DNA of 64,000 bases from Carpediemonas membranifera BICM. Lineage: Eukaryota; Protista; Fornicata. Shown piece by piece: positions 12,234 to 23,291 of the stretch. The stretch covers positions 680,994 to 744,993 of the forward strand of contig JAHDYR010000067.1 in the NCBI GenBank assembly GCA_019828565.1, in the 5' to 3' direction. Position numbers and translations under genes: made by a program. The notes beneath the pieces were generated by a model. The model saw only the letters and a program-made list of their open reading frames with translations, searched no databases and was not told where the DNA came from. Position 1 is the stretch's first letter, and each line of letters opens with the position of its first letter.

Positions 12234-12307
12234 CATACTGTGAAAGTCGGTAGATAATCTACGATTTTTTCTAGATAATCTAGGGCCTAAAAACCCTAGA
12301 TTATCTA
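12234..12307 (+). repeat. Left TIR, copy 1
   Basis: Reverse complement of 34894-34967 with one mismatch; contains three TAGAT(A/T)ATCTA motifs. Confidence 0.95.
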
Positions 12308-13307
12308 CGGTTGCAAGAAAAAATGAACTCGACGATGAGCCGGAGCTGGATCTTCAAAGTGGTATGGTAGTACTTGGCTATACCTAAGCAATACGCATGC
12401 GCAGTATCAAACTTTAAATCCTGCTAGAAAAAAGTAACATAGGGACAAATTGGAATTGAGAGTTGAGACTCAAAAAACGGGCAGGGGGGAGGAAATGGTC
12501 CATAGGTACGCCTTATGGGTCGCTTCCTCCCTCTGCCCTTTTTAATCGCAAAATCGATTTGCCGGATTTGACACACGTTTGATGTGATCAAAATGGATTT
12601 GATAGACATGGGTCCAGATCATGCAGTTGGCCATCCTGAAGCGCTAGGGTGGCCTGCAGACCGCAGCAATGCCTCTGCTGAATGCCCTTCATGCCTGACG
12701 GACAGGACGCGCGTTGACTATAAAGGACTGCATGTTTCGGCATCAGAAGAAGGTGTGGAATACAACGGAGTCATCGCCGAACCGCTCCGACCAAGTCGGT
12801 TATTAGGACATCGCGTTCAGACGCCCTCTGCAATTACCAAGTCAATAGATGGGAGTCGACCTGATCAGCACGTCATTTGGGGCCTCAGGTGACACTATAG
12901 CTGAGTTTGGCTGGGCGCTGCTGCGGCCATGGGCCGCTAGCGCGCTGATTGGCTCGTTTCTCCTCGTATAGCTGCCGTAGAGGTCTGATCTGAGCCTCGT
13001 TATAATAGTCTGCCCGAGTAGAGTCCAGCCATACCATAAATGTCCCCCAATCTCCCCCTCCCAGTCGCTCATACCTCCAAAATGGCCTATATTCCCTGTA
13101 GGGAGATTAATAAGGGCGGATTTCCCATAAGTCGTGGCATAGAGGGAAGAGACTTTGTACACAGCCTCCTGATCGTGGGTTCAATTTTCACCGGGAGCAA
13201 TATGCTCTTTTTGGCAGACAACGCCGCTCCGAGCTCTATCGCGCCCAGCGGTGCCTGCAGCGGCCAGAACAGAGCCAGAATTCGGGTGATTTTTAATCTC
13301 GATCGAA

Positions 13308-14060
13308 ATGCTGCTGAAGCACGCTCTAGAGGGACTGAAGCGCTCTACGAAGGAGCAATACAAGCAGACATATCAAAAACTGTGCGTTTACCTTGAGTGC
13401 GACGATGAGGATGCTGATGTTGTTATTATCACAGAGATCCGACAAAATAGTGACGTATTCGAACAGTTTCTGGACTCTCTGTCCTTCTGTTGCCGTTTTG
13501 GACGGTACAAGTCCATCTCGATGCCTCAACAGGCTCTCGTTCGCCTTCTTCGCACTGCTGGTGCCGAAACCGACCTAATTTGCAGGATAAGGACTCACAC
13601 GCTTCCGGCACGCCAGGTGCTGACTGAGGAAGAGTACGACAAGCTCACGGGTGCTCTGAAGTACGACATTGCCGAGTCCCACCGTCAGCTCGCCCTAGTC
13701 GTTGCTCTCTGCCGGCTGGGATCGTATGTCGCAGACCTACGTGACTTAGACCCGCGCTACAGGAGTTGATGCAAGAGGCTGCCGTGGATCACCCTGCCTT
13801 TGAGACCCTTATCTGGATGTCCAAGGACCTTGATTCGCTCTGGGGTAGTCCCCCATGACAGTCAGGCACGCGAACCGTATCCTGCACGAAGCGGGGATGC
13901 AGAGTCTGAAAAGACCCATCTCCCTGTCCGATCTGGATACCCCTGACGACAGATGGAATGACTGAAGCTGTAAACATATCCATTGACTCTGAATCTTTTA
14001 TTTCTCCATCTGCGAGTTAAGCCAGGCCACTGCCTTTCCGTCAAATATACCTTACGTGTG
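13308..14060 (+). CDS. Degenerate tyrosine-recombinase-fold protein A (frameshifted after ~13750)
   Basis: STKEQY...LP...VLTEEEYDKL...LALVVALCRLGSYVADL resembles the integrase core-binding domain plus box I, but lacks the catalytic Arg. The 3' end is approximate. Confidence 0.4.
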
Positions 14061-14927
14061 TCGTGCGCCTTCTTTGTTGCTCTTGCGGCTGAAGCATCAA
14101 CAGTGGCCTGCTTCAACAAATCTCGGCAGCTAGACTTCGGCGTCTTGGTGCCACGTCGCGTGCAGGCCCACTCTCTATCGTCCACGGACCCACCGCACAC
14201 AACGCATGACCCTGCTAATACGATCGGTGGCTTTCTCCTTCAGCTTCTGTCGAAGCAGATCGCACATCGCGGTCTTGACGACGCGTCGAGATAATTCATC
14301 CGTGCGCAGGGTACTAACAGGCTCAACCAAGAGCTCTGTCTGAGTAGACGCCTCCTCTAGGTCTCGCACAGTCTGAGTCTCTGCATGCTCACCCTGTGGC
14401 GAAAACTGCTGGCATTTTCCCACCATCCTCGGCTTATCAGGATCAGGACCCAGCGCAGTCATGTAAACAGGTACCTCAACCCGCTTCTCGACTATCTTGA
14501 CAGGCTGGGAGCCCCTGCGGGAAGGGGCTTGCGGGTGAACTCGCGTCCTGGTCGGCCCCCCGTTCGCCTCGTTGTGCAGAGCCTCCATGAAGGCATTGAA
14601 GCCGTCATCACGGCCCACCTTCTGCGTCACAAACGACATGACGCATGTGACCGACATCTCAAAGGATGCAAAATCGGCAGCACTGGAAACATCGCGATTG
14701 TGGCAGATTGAGTTTCGAGCTGCCAACAGCTCGCGTATATGTCTCTTATCAGCGTGGTGAAGATCAGGAACACGATGTAGGATCGCTTGCAAAAGCATAG
14801 CCGGATCCATCTCGCCACCGTCACCACGGTACCTCGCGATGTACTCCTGCAGCTTCGGAATCATCCTCAGTAGCGCTTCAAACATCATGCTGGCGTATCC
14901 TGCTGAATCCTTCGCCCCAGAGCTCAT
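14052..14927 (-). CDS. HEPN-domain protein (Swt1-like) with Cys-rich C-terminal region; frameshifted
   Basis: DPAMLLQAI...RELLAARNSICH has the HEPN Rx4H motif. The CVVC...C...C tail is joined by comparing frameshifts between the two copies. Confidence 0.6.
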
Positions 14928-15187
14928 ATCGGTTTCTTCAGAACGAAATTCTAAAGAAATGTTCGGTGGTAAGTGAGATCACTGCGCGTCTAGAGACAGC
15001 AGAAACGTAACCTACAGCCCATATTGATGTGGGCTGGGCGTTGCTTCAACTGATAAATGCCACATTTCTCTGTTTACATGGTAAGGTAACACGTGAGTGC
15101 TTTGTACTGGCATACTTAAAGGCAAGGTAAGGTTGGCGGACGTAGTATCACCCGTGGCGCTTGACTATCACTCAATCAGACAGATAT

Positions 15188-15843
15188 TTATTTCTTCGTG
15201 GATACCTTGTCGAAGAACTGCAATGCCAAGGTCAACTTGCCTTCCTTCGTCATCTCTTTGTCGGTCAGCAGTGTCTCGAAGTCAGCGACAACGAGAGGCC
15301 GGCAAGCAAAGGGGTCAGCCCAATAGTCATCTTCGTAGGCGACCGAGAGGAACTCAAACGGACGAATGTCAACGCTTGCTTCATATACAATGACAGGCAA
15401 GACTGCATCCTCCACACAAACATGGCACAGAAGAGCACTGACATTGTGGTACTAAATAATTGGGGGAGAGGCATGTTACAAACAGCAGAGTTGTCGTTCA
15501 CCGTGTGGACTCCAAGCTTGCCCATCAGTGAAGACGCATCCATAGCGAACTTCGTCGTGCCAACGCGAGTGCAGTACGTGGGGTCATCCGGCTGGAAGTC
15601 GATCAGTCGGCCGCAGTACAGGCCGATGATGCTCTTCGCAGGGATTTCGGCACGAGACGCGATGCCCTTGCCAGCGGTGCCTCCATATAGCGTGCGCTGA
15701 TCAGTCATGTACAGCTGTACGCTCTTGGAGACACCGTTGGCCGCTATCGTGATGTCCCGGTCCAGGAACGAGCTACCCTCCTGCTTCCAGTCAATATCCT
15801 TCAAGTCTGCCGGTATTTTTGTCAAACAGCAGCTCATAGTCAT
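15188..15843 (-). CDS. SET-domain methyltransferase-like protein, intron 15452-15483
   Basis: AGKGIASRAEIPAKSIIGLYCG and MDAS. Splicing a 32-bp GT..TAG intron gives VNDNSAYHNV...ASVDIRPFEFLSVAYEDDYW, matching SET NH..PN and DI..GEEL..DY. The true start may be 15895 via a frameshift in an A5 run. Confidence 0.72.
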
Positions 15844-16195
15844 GACGAGACATGCTAGAACCCTCCGAGGGGATTACGATCGTTTCTTCCGACATCGTTC
15901 TCAGAATTCGACCCGTTTATAAATCAATAATAAGCAAGCTAAGCTGCAGCTCAGGCACCCTCCATGCGCTCGTTCCCTGGCATCTTGGCCCGCGGCCTCT
16001 TCAGCGGCGTTTCGGCCCCTCTCGTAAATCGAGAGGTCTTCTTGATGTTGTTACTGTCTCTGTGCTCCCATTGCTTGCCAGTCTCATTGTAGTGTTAAGT
16101 TAGTGCCAAATGGTCTTTATTGCTGTTCGCTCGCATTAATACGGAAGAGAAAGAATGATGATGTTGATTAGCTTGCGGGGAAAGGCATTACCAAG

Positions 16196-19100
16196 CATTT
16201 GACGCGCACAACCTGCTTAATACTGCATAAACGCATCGCTGATCGCTTTCTCTTCTGTTCTTCAACGCCCAAGGAGCGGCTTCCAGGTCGGCAACGGTTG
16301 CCGACCTGGACCCGTGCAGTTTATGCTTTTTCGGCCAACCGACGAAGTCAAGCTTGGCCAAGACACATACTGTGTACACGGACCCTGGCAGGCTAGTTAC
16401 GCCGCTCAGCCTCTGCATCCAGTTGATAATCACTCGCCATTTACTTCTGGTGCTTTTCCTGCTCTCTCTTCTCCATCACGTCGTCATACTCGGCCCTCGT
16501 CAGCCTCACAGTTGTCATCCCGGCATCACGGATGTGCTCAAAGGCCTCAACGGGCAGCTTCGGCATCCCGTCCTCGCTGTCGCTGCTGCTGCCCAAGTCT
16601 GACTCGCTCTCGTGATAGCGGCGAAGGCGAATGCGTCTGCTGGGCTCCCTGGTCTTCATAGCGTCATAGAGCGGAGCGAGCCCACTTCCATTGGCCCCGC
16701 TACGGACACCCTCATCGGTATCTCTCTCAGACATATCACACTCAACCTGTTGTGACTGAAGAAATGACAGGTTGTCGACGAGGCTATCCTCGGCATCGCT
16801 GTCTGAACTCTCCTCATCCTCCCACTCTCCTTCCAGCATCTCCAACCCGGCCTCATCGTCAAACTCGCCCTCCACTGCGGTCTCCGGCATCTCTGCCTCG
16901 CCAGCTGTCTCGTCAAACAGCGCCTCATCGTCAGACTCACCCTCCCCCGTGTCGCCCCCCTCGGGATTACGCTGGTCGTGGAGCTGGACCATCCTCATCC
17001 TGAGCTTTTTGTAAAGCCACCAGGTCGGCAGAGCTTAAGGTAATCCTGGCGCCCTCATCCTGGCGCCTCATCCCTGGCGCCGTCATCCCTGGCGTCCTCT
17101 CCCTCATAAATCTGAATCATCTTCTTGTCTTGCTCCCGATGTTGTCATTGCTGTTTTCGTGTCCACAAGCATTCCAGTCTCATTATAATGTTTATTCAGT
17201 ACCAAATCATCCTTTAGTGACGGGCATTCTCCTCTACATTGCCGAGAAAAAGAGTTGATGTTGATTAGATGGTGACGAATGCATTACCGGACATTTGACG
17301 CGCACAACCTGCTTAATACTGCATAAAAGCATCGCTGATCGCTTTCTCTTCTGTTCTTCAACGCCCAAGGAGCGGCTTCCAGGTCGGCAACGGTTGCCGA
17401 CCTGGACCCGTGCAGTTTATGCTTTTTCGGCCAACCGACGAAGTCAAGCTTAGCCAAGACACATACTGTGTACACGGACCCTGGCAGGCTAGTTACGCCG
17501 CTCAGCCTCTGCATCCAGTTGATAATCACTCGCCATTTACTTCTGGTGCTTTTCCTGCTCTCTCTTCTCCATCACGTCGTCATACTCGGCCCTCGTCAGC
17601 CTCACAGTTGTCATCCCGGCATCACGGATGTGCTCAAAGGCCTCAACGGGCAGCTTCGGCATCCCGTCCTCGCTGTCGCTGCTGCTGCCCAAGTCTGACT
17701 CGCTCTCGTGATAGCGGCGAAGGCGAATGCGTCTGCTGGGCACCCTGGTCTTCATAGCGTCATAGAGCGGAGCGAGCCCACTTCCATTGGCCCCGCTACG
17801 GACACCCTCATCGGTATCTCTCTCAGACATATCACACTCAACCTGTTGTGACTGAACAAATGACAGGTTGTCGACGAGGCTATCCTCGGCATCGCTGTCT
17901 GAACTCTCCTCATCCTCCCACTCTCCTTCCAGCATCTCCAACCCGGCCTCATCGTCAAACTCGCCCTCCACTGCGGTCTCCGGCATCTCTGCCTCGCCAG
18001 CTGTCTCGTCAAACAGCGCCTCATCGTCAGACTCACCCTCCCCCGTGTCGACCCCATCGGGATTACGCTGGTCGTGGAGCTGGACCATCCTCATCCTGAG
18101 CTTTTTGTAAAGCCACCAGGTCGGCAGAGCTTAAGGTAATCCTGGCGCCCTCATCCTGGCGCCTCATCCCTGGCGCCGTCATCCCTGGCGTCCTCTCCCT
18201 CATAAATCTGAATCATCTTCTTGTCTTGCTCCCGATGTTGTCATTGCTGTTTTCGTGTCCACAAGCATTCCAGTCTCATTATAATGTTTATTCAGTACCA
18301 AATCATCCTTTAGTGACGGGCATTCTCCTCTGCATTGCCGAGAAAAAGAGTTGATGTTGATTAGATGGTGACGAATGCATTACCGGACATTTGACGCGCA
18401 CAACCTGCTTAATACTGCATAAAAGCATCGCTGATCGCTTTCTCTTCTGTTCTTCAACGCCCAAGGAGCGGCTTCCAGGTCGGCAACCGTTGCCGACCTG
18501 GACCCGTGCAGTTTATGCTTTTTCGGCCAACCGACGAAGTCAAGCTTGGCCAAGACACATACTGTGTACAAGGACCCTGGCAGGCTAGTTACGCCGCTCA
18601 GCCTCTGCATCCAGTTGATAATCACTCGCCATTTACTTCTGGTGCTTTTCCTGCTCTCTCTTCTCCATCACGTCGTCATACTCGGCCCTCGTCAGCCTCA
18701 CAGTTGTCATCCCGGCATCACGGATGTGCTCAAAGGCCTCAACGGGCAGCTTCGGCATCCCGTCCTCGCTGTCGCTGCTGCTGCCCAAGTCTGACTCGCT
18801 CTCGTGATAGCGGCGAAGGCGAATGCGTCTGCTGGGCTCCCTGGTCTTCATAGCGTCATAGAGCGGAGCGAGCCCACTTCCATTGGCCCCGCTACGGACA
18901 CCCTCATCGGTATCTCTCTCAGACATATCACACTCAACCTGTTGTGACTGGAAGAAATGACAGGTTGTCGACGAGGCTATCCTCGGCATCGCTGTCTGAA
19001 CTCTCCTCATCCTCCCACTCTCCTTCCAGCATCTCCAACCCGGCCTCATCGTCAAACTCGCCCTCCACTGCGGTCTCCGGCATCTCTGCCTCGCCAGCTG

Positions 19101-19200
19101 TCTCGTCAAACAGCGCCTCATCGTCAGACTCACCCTCCCCCGTGTCGACCCCCTCGGGCTTACGCTGGTCGTGGAGCTGGACCATCCTAATCCTGAGCTT
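16196..19200 (-). repeat. Array of ~1096-bp tandem repeats (2 units plus a third that forms the 3' end of gene B); each unit has a 185-aa acidic ORF and a 29-bp palindrome
   Basis: Near-identical ORFs recur at 16188, 17284 and 18380 (period 1096). Confidence 0.95.
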
Positions 19201-20052
19201 GTTGTAAAGCCAGTCATCGAGCGTCGGCGGCACCAGGTCAGCAGAGCTTCGGATCTCCGGGTTGAGATCGAGGATCGTTGGGCGCCGCGTGGTCGTTAAG
19301 TGACTGGACGCCAACTGGTGCCTGAACTGCTCATCGGTCAGGCTGATGCGCTTGTCCTTAATGACCTTCTGAGGCTTCTCCCGCGGTCTGCCGCGGCGCT
19401 CTAGCGTGCCGATAGACTGCATCCTATCGGTGGACACGTCGATCCGCTGCGCAAAGCGAAGCATGCGAACCGTCAACCCCTGAACCTTGAGCGCCTCCGA
19501 TACAGCACTGGCCTGCGGGAATCCCGATTTGAGCGTGCCAAAGCCCATCCAGCTCGGGCACGAGGTAAGGTCTATCGCATCGGGGAGATTACCTTGGAGA
19601 TACGAATACTCCCAGCCCGTCTGGTTGAGCAGAATGGCAATGGCGCCATACGGGCTGGGGAGACTCTCAACTGATGCAGGCGACACCTCTTCCTCCTCTT
19701 TCCAGGACAACGGCTTCGCGGGGTGTGGCAAGTCGAAGTTCCGGAAAGACTGAACAGCCGAAACGATCTTCTTCTGCGTCCCCAGAGGCTTCTCAGCGAG
19801 GTACCGGCGCAAATGGGTTACCAGCTCGGCACTACGAACAATCGCGATGCCCTTCTGGATATCTGTGGCGGTTTCCTGACAAATTCTGGCCAAAACGTCT
19901 TTCAGAAGCTTGTTGTAGTTCGTACGCGATTTGGTTGGAACATTCTTCAACCAACGCTTCATGATATCTTCGTCTATTGCCGCTACAGCCTCCATGGGAT
20001 GAGTTTTTGCTGCTTCAGTTTGGATTGCTATTCCAGAATTTCGACCATACAA
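18633..20052 (-). CDS. Degenerate tyrosine-recombinase-fold protein B with AT-hook and acidic tail (one frameshift near 18950; intact in copy 2)
   Basis: KSRTNY, TQKKIVSAVQSF, AILLNQTGWEYSYL (box I-like), GLTVRMLRF (HxLR-like), RRGRPR; D/E-rich C-terminus. Confidence 0.5.
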
Positions 20053-21123
20053 AACTCTAAAGTATTGGGAATTGACCCAAACTGAGCTCAGATACGTGAT
20101 CTGGGGCCTGAGTGGGTGAATGGGGACCTTTCATTTTTTAAAAGTGTTGTTACACTCCCAGATTTAATGATAATCTCCGGTGCTGGAAGTAATTCTGAAA
20201 TGGCGATCCAAATGCAATTATTATTCTGAAAACCGAATCCATGGTGCTGCCATTCTCTATTCGCTCTAATAGGTACCCAGGCCAGGTTTTGTACACCCTC
20301 CCGCTTGCCTCGGAATTCGGACATGCCGAAATTCTGAAATTCGAATACCACCGCCCATTTTTGACGTATGAGATCAGTATCCCATGCCAAACCTCAGGAC
20401 GGCATTCGTGTACCTTTTCCTGCCCTGTATCCATTAGATAACCACCCACTTTCCTTTCACAATGTGCACTTTATGCTCGCAACGAGATTGAAATGGCGAA
20501 CTTAAGAATAGAAAGAATACTGGCGGCTTTAACGTAGTAGGCATGTGTACAACACTAAGAAACATCAGTATGCGGGCGCAGAGCATCATTAAAGCAACAA
20601 TAATCCCTAAACAACATCAAGTACCATAAGTCCACCAGGACCATACGATATGAACTATAAATGGAGCATAGATCAGTACAGCTGATTTGAAAGTACCAGG
20701 CATGGCCAGAATACCGCAATTATCGTCCGTTGATCCACGTGACCTCCATCTTGGTCGGTATCCAGAGAACCTCCGTCAGACGCTTGCAACGGAACATTTA
20801 GGGGGAGCATCCTGAATGGGGCCAGATTTGAGGGACCCTTGGTCTGACATGCCATGACCGAGTACTCTAGGGGCCTCCACAGTGCGTCCCGAGGTACGTT
20901 ATAGCACCACAGACTTGGTGTGTCTTAGCCTGCACCGCCCGAAAGCTCGTCGGATCACTCCCCATACGTTATATCGCCATTCAGTCCACATAATGGATGT
21001 TTTCGGAGCGATTATATCCCCCGTTTGTATGGTATAACGTTTCCGACACCCCGTTGCCTACGGTTACTGGCAATTTTCTCATCTCTGTTATATGTCCATT
21101 ATTGGGATATAACGAAGAGAAGA

Positions 21124-23108
21124 ATGACGTTCGAATTCCTTCACGAGTGGATCGAGAGCACCTCAGATGATGTGATTGAGGCCGTTATCACCGAATTCAA
21201 GGAGAAGAAGACAAACAAGGCGAAGAGTGCCGTTCTTCGGGACAAATTGCTCGACGAGAACGATATCTTCGATATAGTCGTCAAGAACGGTACGTAATTG
21301 GTGCAAATGTTTATATAGGGATCAACTTTAACCACCTGTGCTCATATTTCGAGATTCAGGGCGAGAAGAAGGCAGAACTCGAGGCATTGCTGTCTCAGCA
21401 GGTGCAGGATAAGACCTCGAACGAGAACATCGAGGCAACCTTCACGGAGAAGGAGATGAAGGCGTTTGAGTCGGCCGCTGTCACAGCCTTCAAGAACTCC
21501 AAGAGGGCTGAGTATGCCAAGGAGAATGAGGGCGCGCGTATCGAAAAAGAGGCGCTGAGTGTCAAGGTTCGGGCGTGGCGCAACGCGACATCCACCAACG
21601 CGCTTGTGCGCGACCATGTCACAGCAATGGTTGCCAGGGTGCGCAGCAAGGAGGCAGACCTTGCTTACATGAAGCACTCCTGCCGCTCGTACTTCGAAGA
21701 GTACATCATCGCCCTGGAATGGTTGGAGACCCCCGCGGGAGAAGGTACGCCCCTGCTCCCCCCAGGTACTGGCGCTATCATCGATTACTATCACAAAATT
21801 GTTCGAGGATACAAGAAGAGAGTCAAGCAGTTGAGGAAGAGCTTGACGGCAAAGAGTGAGGAAGTCATCACGCTGCATCGACGCCTTCTGCAGCAGCAGG
21901 CTGAGCGAGAGGCAGCCTATGACGCTGACAAGTCCATGGATGCATCACTCCCATGCAGCCCCATCCCGCCACAGTCTGGCACAGTCTCCAGGACTTCCTG
22001 TCCCCGACGCGATACGGACGAGGCGCAGGCAGCCATGTCTGTGAAGCGCAAGGCCCTCATCATCACGCCCGAGAAGGCCAGGCCAGAGGACTCGGAGGAG
22101 GAGTCAGAGGAGGAAGAGGAGCCAGTGGAGGAGGTCGAGTCAGAGGAGGAAGAGGAGCCAGTGGAGGAGGTCGAGTCAGAGGAGGAAGAGGAGCCAGTGG
22201 CGGATGAGTTGATGGAGGAGCTGCACTTTGGCGACCTCGAGGGCGGCAACTCCGGCGACGACGAGGATGTTTGCTCAGCGTCTGCACAAGCAACCGCTCC
22301 GAATGACCTGGCAGACCCCATAGACCTCAACTTTACGCCTGAGATGAAGGATATCATCGCACAGCACTCTCCGGCCAAGAGTAAGTCAGAGGAGGAGCAG
22401 GAGGAAGAGAAGGCCGAGTCAGACGAGGAGGGTGGGGCAGAGGAGGAGGGTGAAACCGAGGAGAGCGGAAGAGTGGTCAACGCCAGGTCTGACCCAACCC
22501 GCTACAACCGAACTGTGGCATTCGACATGATCATCACGACAAGGCTTCCGAGTTCAGGTTGGCCTACGTATCCGACCCTGGGTTATGGGAACTGCATCAT
22601 TCACTGCCTGATGATGATGTCGGGTCTGAGAACATTTACTGCGTTCAGACGCAAATTGCCCTTGTCGCAGAAGCTCAAGGCTGAGGATGAGGCGACAGCT
22701 TACCGCCAGACGCTCCTCGCCCACGCAAGGACCATGGCCGTATTCTCAAAGATGACAGAGATAGAGCTTCTGGATGAGCTGTTTCCTGAGCACGTCAATA
22801 GTGACGGGACAGTGACGAGATGGGCATGCGTTGAAGCAATCAGAGTGTGGACTTCGATGACAGGGAAGCCGACCATGCTTGTCAACATTGATGAGAAGAT
22901 GATCACGCACATTTACCGTAACGAGAAGGGCAATGCATTGACAGTGCGGCGTCCCTTCGATGGCGATCAGAGTAGAGCGCTGGAGAGTTTTAGGGCGGAG
23001 TGCGCCAGGCTCGACATCAACTACGTGATACAGTTGATGGGTCGACATGCAACTTTGCGGAAGGTCTCAAAGCCGACCCAGGTGAAGATTAGGAGACGTA
23101 AGAACTAA
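21124..23108 (+). CDS. Protein with coiled coil, acidic repeats and C-terminal OTU-like cysteine protease; intron 21290-21318
   Basis: A 29-bp GTACGT...TATAG intron joins MTFEFLHEW...VVKNG to INFNHLC in frame. OTU-like motifs TLGYGNCIIHCL, WACVEAI and IQLMGRH. 36-bp ESEEEEEPVEEV repeats at ~22101-22200. Confidence 0.65.
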
Positions 23109-23291
23109 ATATGACATGAAGTATTCGGTAATTTGATCGGTACTATTAACTAGGAGTCTGTTCATAGTCACAAGTGCAACATCACTCACGTCACGTGAAT
23201 TAGCGAGGATATATTAGTTCACACCAGTGTTTACCCGTCTATGTTGCATTGTTAACACGTATCATTGAAACTGTGACCAACTTTGGTTGCG

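Noticed and set aside
12234-12246. TIR as a V(D)J RSS heptamer
   Set aside because: The end reads CATACTG inward, not CACAGTG. The CACAGTA similarity is on the opposite strand, and no nonamer is evident.
16196-19200. CRISPR-like or attC-type array
   Set aside because: The sequence between palindromes is identical from unit to unit, so there are no unique spacers.
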